Positions 57,338 to 64,000 of a stretch of DNA of 64,000 bases are shown one piece after another (the stretch's first letter is position 1; each line of letters opens with the position of its first letter). Source of the DNA: Schmidtea polychroa (lineage: Eukaryota); the NCBI GenBank assembly GCA_044892525.1, contig CM097885.1, positions 223,076,001-223,140,000 of the forward strand, read 5' to 3'. A model generated the notes under the pieces. It did no database searches and was not told the DNA's origin. It was given only the letters and a program-made list of their open reading frames with translations. The position numbers were made by a program, and so were the translations under genes.

Positions 57338-57742
57338 CAGTGCATTTTTCTGACGGAACGCTCCGGAACAGCGTCCAGACACCTTTTTTCGCTGAATGAT
57401 TTTAAAAAATTGTCATAAGTTTAGGTTTTTTGTCATATTTCTATTTCTGTCATTTCAAATAGTCAGTTACAATCAAATTAAAAGTAGTAGTCGTACGCCA
57501 AAGCGAGTGAATCATAACTCCGTGCTTCCTATGTGTTATTACTATTATATAAAACACGCTCACGGTAAATATATGCCATCAATATACTACGTCATTAAAA
57601 GCGTTTCCTGTCGTCGGCGTTGTAAATTCACATTGTAAAATAATCAATATATTTTATTTGTTAGCTAATTTTAGCGTCATTTATTTGCATATAAAGAATA
57701 GTACAGATACGTTCCGGCAGCTTTTTTCCAGAAAAAACACTG
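57338..57742. mobile_element. Probable hAT-type MITE
   Basis: Termini CAGTGCATTTTTCTG / CAGAAAAAACACTG; flanks TACTAAAG vs ACTAAAAG are only an imperfect TSD. Confidence 0.5.
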
Positions 57743-58157
57743 ACTAAAAGTAGTTTCCTAATTTATTTAGTAAAACAATTGCAGCTAGGTTAACGATAAA
57801 CTCATAATGTACTGTAATTATTTTACTGGGGTTTGCCAAACTTAGTTAATTGATTAAAAAGTGTGAAAACTAATATATTTTAAAAAGAAAAATGATCGAA
57901 ACGAATGACCATTAATAAATTAAGTGCATAACAAATAATATTTAAGTAACGGGAGGTTTCTCGAAGATTTTCGAAACAAAACTTGAATTAATGTTTAGGA
58001 CATTTTTAATCGTTCTTAACTAATTTATGTTCAAAAAATGCGAAGTTTATTGTTTTCAGAATAGTTCTATTATTTCACATTGACCATTTCCTTGTGAATG
58101 ATATAGAGTCGTTCGGTTTTACACTACTCAATTTCTTAGTAAGAATGTTCAAAATGA

Positions 58158-58340
58158 TCATCTTTGAAAAGGAGCGAGTCTATCAATTTGAATACAGGAT
58201 AGAGAGACAAAAAGTGTTAAGATTAAAAGTATATGTCGAATAAAGGTGCTCGTTTTCATACTGACATAGTGGAACGCAAATGGATATCCTGTGTATTCGT
58301 CTACCGTTAAGAGATGAAATTTACTGTGATTAGAATTAAT
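58158..58340 (-). mobile_element. Isolated LTR-retrotransposon integrase core fragment
   Basis: LLTVDEYTGYPFAF...MKTSTFI...IQIDR resembles Gypsy rve LTVIDEYSRFPFAF...IHSDRG. Confidence 0.65.
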
Positions 58341-58759
58341 GGAAGCAGAATGATGAATAGAAAACAAATTGGAAAGTCAATGTTTTGATGAAAGTTCTAC
58401 GCCGAGTCTGAGTCTAATAAAAATTTGAAATCAAATAGTTCAATTCTTTCTATTGTAATTTTTTCACTCTTGGTATTATATAATTTGTTGTGATTGAAGA
58501 AGAAATTAATTCCTCTTATCTTTTGGTTTCACCTTCAATCATTTCTTAATTCAATAATTTTCATATTAATATTTGTAAGACTATAAATCAAAACAATATG
58601 ACTATGAATCAAAACTATATTTCTGTACAGGTTTTATCAAGTGTGTATTTGGTAGGAAATATGAAGAATCTGAAAATCTAGAATCAATTTGTGAATTAAA
58701 AATAATTCGATTGTTTTCTTTCAATTCTTCCAAGCGATCACGTGAGGCCGTATTTTTAT

Positions 58760-61244
58760 ATTTTTATTACCGTATGTTTTATTTTACCGGTAAACGGTAA
58801 ATTAACAATCGTATTACCGGTAAAACCGGTAAATTTCGGTAATAAACATTTTACCAGAAATTAAAACAAAATCATGGTTTAATTGAAAAAAAACATTACA
58901 ATATGTTTATTTCATACATATTATATAAAAGAAATCATTCAAGAAAAGAACTAAATACAAAAATTTAAATTATTCATTATTTTTGTTAACATTTTGTTTC
59001 AAAAAGAAATATTTAAGGAAAACGATAATGTGCAAATTTTCATCCGATAACCTAGTTCTTATTTTAGTGCAAACTCGGCTCGCTATGGAGAATGTTCTTT
59101 CATTGTCTGTAGATGTTGGTTTTGCGGTTTGCAGAGCTTCGAACAAAAGTGTGAGATTATGACTTTTTTCCCCGGATACTTCAAAAAATAAAAACTCTTT
59201 CTGGACTGATGATAATAATCCTACTGGTTTACTGAAAATGGAAACCATAGCTGTAGAAATAGCTTTTTGAAATTGAGATTTCAAGTCAGTATTTAAAAGA
59301 TCGGTCTCGACATTATCTTCTGAATCTGATTCTGCTGACTCATCTGATTTGAATAATCTTTCAATTATTTTTTTCCCAAATGCCACTGTCGATAACTTTG
59401 AACAGTAATCAAAGTGAACATTTCGTTTCATTAAATTTTTTGGATGAAGCATGTACTGGTCAAGAGACAATAATTTAATATTACGTCTTTTATCAATTTC
59501 TCTTTTCAAACAAACTAAGAAGTTAGAAGTTATTGGTGAATCGGTATTTTTTTCCAATGTTGAACATAACAATTCAATTACACTTTCAGCGGTAAATAGT
59601 GTAGCATCATTTCTTGCTAAGGCTTCTGCGGCAATCCGAACTGGCTCTAAAATTTTTTGAATGTTTATCAAATATTTTTCGTCTATTCAGGCTAACAAAT
59701 GAAGAGAATTAAAATATTCTAAGACTTCTTTTACTTCTTCTTTTACTTGTAAATATCGTTCTATCATGGGATCGATGGAATTCCAACGTGTCTTTATATC
59801 TATTTTTAATTCCAGTTCTTTGCCAAGTCGAGTTTTTATCTTCTCTTGCAAAAATTCATTTTTCAATGACGATAATCGAAAATATTTAATGACGCTGCGT
59901 ATGGCTTGCAATTGAATGAAAAAAATTGAATGACTGTATTCATCATTTTCAATTGCCTCGTTGTTCTTTTCAATTATCATATGGTTATCTGGTTCAGCAG
60001 AGTCACCATCATCAATGTCAGCGTCACTGTCATATTCCTCTTCCAAAATAATGTCTTTCTCATTTGCAATTGAACTCTGGTCAGTTTCATCAACATATTT
60101 TTGGTAGAAAAACTTGGTTACTGATAAATGTAGTGCATGGTTTAAGCATAGTACCGGTTCAACTGGACTTTCTCTATTATATTTTTGCATTACTGCTGCA
60201 CCATCGTTGATTGAACATAAAATATGATGATCAAAATCTACGTTGAACTCATTTAATCGGTTTCTTATTATTGCCTGAATATTTTTTGCATCACATTTTC
60301 CAGTTATTCTTGCTAAACCAAGATTGTAATTTTCTTTGTCATCATACAAAATAATATTGCAATATCTTCTATTTTTGATGCTTGTCCATTCGTCTACAGA
60401 CAGCGAAAATTGTTTCCCAATAGAAATTTTGGACTGTAATTGTTCTATAAGCTGTATTTTTATTTTTTCGTAATAAACTTTTACCAATTCCATCGTGCCC
60501 GTTGAATTTTTGGAAGCTTGTGTCCTAGTTTATTTATACTTTGCTGAATGAAAGACGAATTTGTGACGCCATAATAAGAGAAACCATCTAAAGCAATTAG
60601 TCTAGACACAATCTCTTCTAAAGTTTCACGTTGTAAATAACTGGATATTAATATTTTATCCTTTTTAAATGTAGAGGCAGAAGTACTAGGACCTGCATCA
60701 TTATCAGCTGCTTTTTGATCAAAATTTTATGTACAAGTTTAAGGTGCAAAATCATTCCACTTGTTGAACCACCATCACATTTAATAGATTTTTTACATAA
60801 TCTGCATATAGCTTCTTTATTACTGTCTTTTCGCTTTTCAAAATGCTCCCAAACATTTGAAGAATCCATATTCTATTTAAACAATATTCTATTTATTAAA
60901 AAATATTAATTTTTCAATATAATTTTATTTTAATAATAAATCAATAACGTTATAAATAAATCTTATATTACTTACGAGATTTTTTGTTTCTAAAAATTTG
61001 TTTCTATGTATTACGAAATATTATTTATTTTAAATAAAAAATCACAAAATCACATGCACAGTTCTTTAAGTAATTCAGTTTTACTGGTTTTTATATTTAT
61101 TGTTATAGGATAAATATAATATTTTTTTATTTTGCACAATAACCGTATTACCGGTAATTTAGTAAATATTTTTACCGGTAAACGGTAATGAAAAATGCGC
61201 AATTTACCGGTAAACGGTAAAGGTTTTTACCGGTAGAGGAACTA
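58760..61244 (-). mobile_element. hAT (Ac/hobo-type) transposon with frameshifted BED-finger transposase (60869-58970)
   Basis: BED finger VWEHF...CRLCKK...HLKLVH; SVDEWTS, DGAAVM, CLNH, KTRWNS, PTSTDNERTFS; ACCGGTAA(A)CGGTAA subterminal repeats at both ends; terminus GTAGAGGAACTA at 61244, matching left TIR not found. Confidence 0.9.
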
Positions 61245-62999
61245 TATATGGATTCGATTAATACCCGTAGCTCTGTGTCTAATAATCACCAATTGTGTTT
61301 AATTAATTATACAACTCCTTAAAAGAATGTAAATAATAGCAAACCTTTTCCCATTTCCTTTGAAAGTTTTATTATAAATTTGATATTTGTTTGTTTTTCG
61401 TTGCCAGTAATTCCAGGAGGTACCTTTTATCTTTAGGCAATTTTATTTTATCTTCACAAAGAGAGTTTAATTCAAACGAAAAGGGTAATATATTCTAAAT
61501 TTTTTGACCTTCGTTTAGATTCTTCTGATTCTTTTAAACAAAACATAATTTTCTTAGTTACAACATATAGTAATAAAATTTTATTATTCAAAATAACAAA
61601 GTTTAAATTTAAATTTAAAATTTACTATATATCATTCAATTCATTCAGTCAGGATTGAATAATAGATTTAATTATTTGTGATTATTCTCTTGAAAAAGGC
61701 AGTGCTGAAAATTCGTGAGTATCAACAAACATTGATATATTACTGATTTATAGTCTTCAAGCTCTCTTTTTAATAAAACAGAATAAAACTATCACCTGAT
61801 CAGTGTGCTATCGAGGACATTTTTCTGTATTCCAAATTTATTCGACATAATTTCCAATGAAAATATTAAATTTTCAAAATAATTTCACTATTTTGAAAAT
61901 ATTTTCATTGTCTTTATCAAAAATTACATCTGTGATAATTCTCTTTCTTGAAAGCTTCATTAACACAATAAAGTTGCAAAAATGCAACTTTCTCGTATTG
62001 CAATGAAGAGGAAACTGTTTTCAACAAATCTTTTTGGCTTAGGATATTTACAATTCTTTCAAAAAGGAAATTTAAAAATTTTGTGAGAATCAAATTATGT
62101 AATCTTCAACAATAAGACGTTTTATCAATCAACATTTAATTTTTACACAACCTTTTGTCATGTAATATCTTTATAACATTTTATGGATCTTCAAATTTGT
62201 CTTCATTTGAGCTTGTTTTCTTTTTTGCAAATTTTCAAAAATTTCAAGTAATATGGCCTCTAGTCAGTAAAGCCTTCCAATATCAACTGGAGTTGGTTAC
62301 AACATCATTACTACAAGGTTTATTACCAAATATTTCGCCCTGGAATATTGGTCAGTTTCGAATTTAAAAATGTAATTTTAGCCATATATTTTAATATGCA
62401 AGGTTTCAACACTGCACAATGGTGGGACCACCTCATCTCTACATTCAGTATCAACTTGCATTTTATTTCCAAGTTTTAATTAGCATTCAATTTTGATATG
62501 GAGAACTATGAAACATTCAAACCATTTTCGGAACTTTCTAAAATATTTAAGTAATGTGTCTGTATTTTTCATCAAAACAGATCACTTTCTTTAACTAAAC
62601 TCTGTTTTGCTAAATAATAATGGTGTTATCCAAGTTTTATCACACTTTAAGGGTATTTTGGTAAAATCACGACTTCTACTAACAAAGATTTTCTTTATTT
62701 ATTATGATATTAATAAAATCTTTTCAACCAAAAATATTTTGAGACATTTATTTTGTAGGTTTCTTTTCGTACAAATGATGATATATTCTTCTCATGATTT
62801 CGGTCTACCCCCACTTGACATAATGAGATAAAGTTAGGGTTACCATTATTCTGAGAAGGCAGTATGAACAGATTCCTTATGCGAAGGGTTATAAAAGTTT
62901 TAATATTACATATTATTAACAAAAATATTTTAGTAATTTTACATTTTAAATCAACACTTTTCTTATAAAACAGCGGGTTATAGTAACTTATTTCTTTAT

Positions 63000-64000
63000 T
63001 TATTTAGGACCGGGAATGGAACCAAGTGGTAGGAAATCCGTTTTGATATTACTGTTGAGGATACCTAAATGGAAAATAACATAATAAATAAATAAATTAC
63101 CTGGGGAAAGATCGTCATGACAAATTGGACGATCTATGGGAACTCAGAAAAGAAAACAGAAGTAAAAAGAAATTTAAAATGAGAAAGATAAATCAAATGA
63201 AAGGAAACAAACAAGAAATTAATACAAAGGTCATTGTTAATTAAGGAGTACAAATGAAGGTGGAATTTCAAATTCCAGGAAAAACAAAATAAGGGAAAAA
63301 GCCGTATATTGACAGCCTGTCAAAGATAGCGAAATTGTCGGGAGAAGGCGGCTTAACAGAAAAGGAAAATGGAAAAATATTTCGACATCTGTCATAGATA
63401 AGGCTGAGGTAGAGGAAAAGAAAGACGGTAAACAGAATCTGTCTCCAATGCCACAAGCAAAACAACTATATAAAGGAAAACTGGTGGACGAGAAATTAGA
63501 ACAGATTGAGAACAAATTGAGAGCAAATTTAGACAAATTTGGAGCGAAAAGTAGAACGGAAACAGAACAAAGTTGAGAGCAAAACGAAACGAAATTAGAG
63601 GCAAAAAGTAGAGTAAAATTAGAGACGACAGAGTAAAAAGGGGTATCAAAACAGAGTGAAAAGAGAAGTGACAAGAATCTTTTATAAAATTGAATATAAA
63701 GTAAAAGTGGAGTAAATAAATTGTGTGGTCAAAGCAAATAGAACAATCGATCAATATATTCTGTAATTGAGTAGTTGACGGCTAGTGATTATTGTTGTGG
63801 TTACAGAAAGGGCTATTCTTCACGTAGTGTTGAAATAAGCTCTGTGTGATAAATTGGTTTATAGTTAATTGGTTGAAATTGAAATTTGTACTATTACGTG
63901 TGGATATTAATAAAGCTTATTGTGTTCGAGAGTGTTGAATTGCGAATTAATAAACACGCTTTGGAGCCAGATTAAAGGTTTGAATTTACAAATATTGTCA
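63000..64000 (+). mobile_element. Probable retroelement remnant (K/E-rich decayed gag-like frame)
   Basis: Plus frame KLVDEKLEQIENKLRANLDKF with stops; the minus ORFs there are antisense shadows. Confidence 0.3.

Overview
AT-rich eukaryotic (animal) genomic window with several N gaps. Low GC, 47-55 bp minimal introns and TAA/TA microsatellites suggest a planarian-type flatworm, but this is inference only. The main feature is a complete 18-exon MARK/PAR-1 kinase gene on the minus strand (44377 to 179, 3426 nt CDS, 1141 aa), reconstructed from GT-AG sites with consistent phases: kinase, UBA, long spacer, KA1. An intronless CFAP96/C4orf47 (UPF0602) gene lies at 55826 to 54882, and an unidentified multi-exon minus-strand gene probably lies at ~49.9-52.3 kb. 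Introns and intergenic DNA are full of transposons: a full-length hATm-type element with perfect 8-bp TSD and a single nonsense codon, several hAT MITEs with TSDs (two Charlie/Buster elements share one TSD), pogo- and piggyBac-like MITEs, decayed hAT transposases and Gypsy remnants. The most unusual observation is a fragment of the host gene ARMH3 (C10orf76) embedded in a decayed retrotransposon gag inside MARK intron 2.
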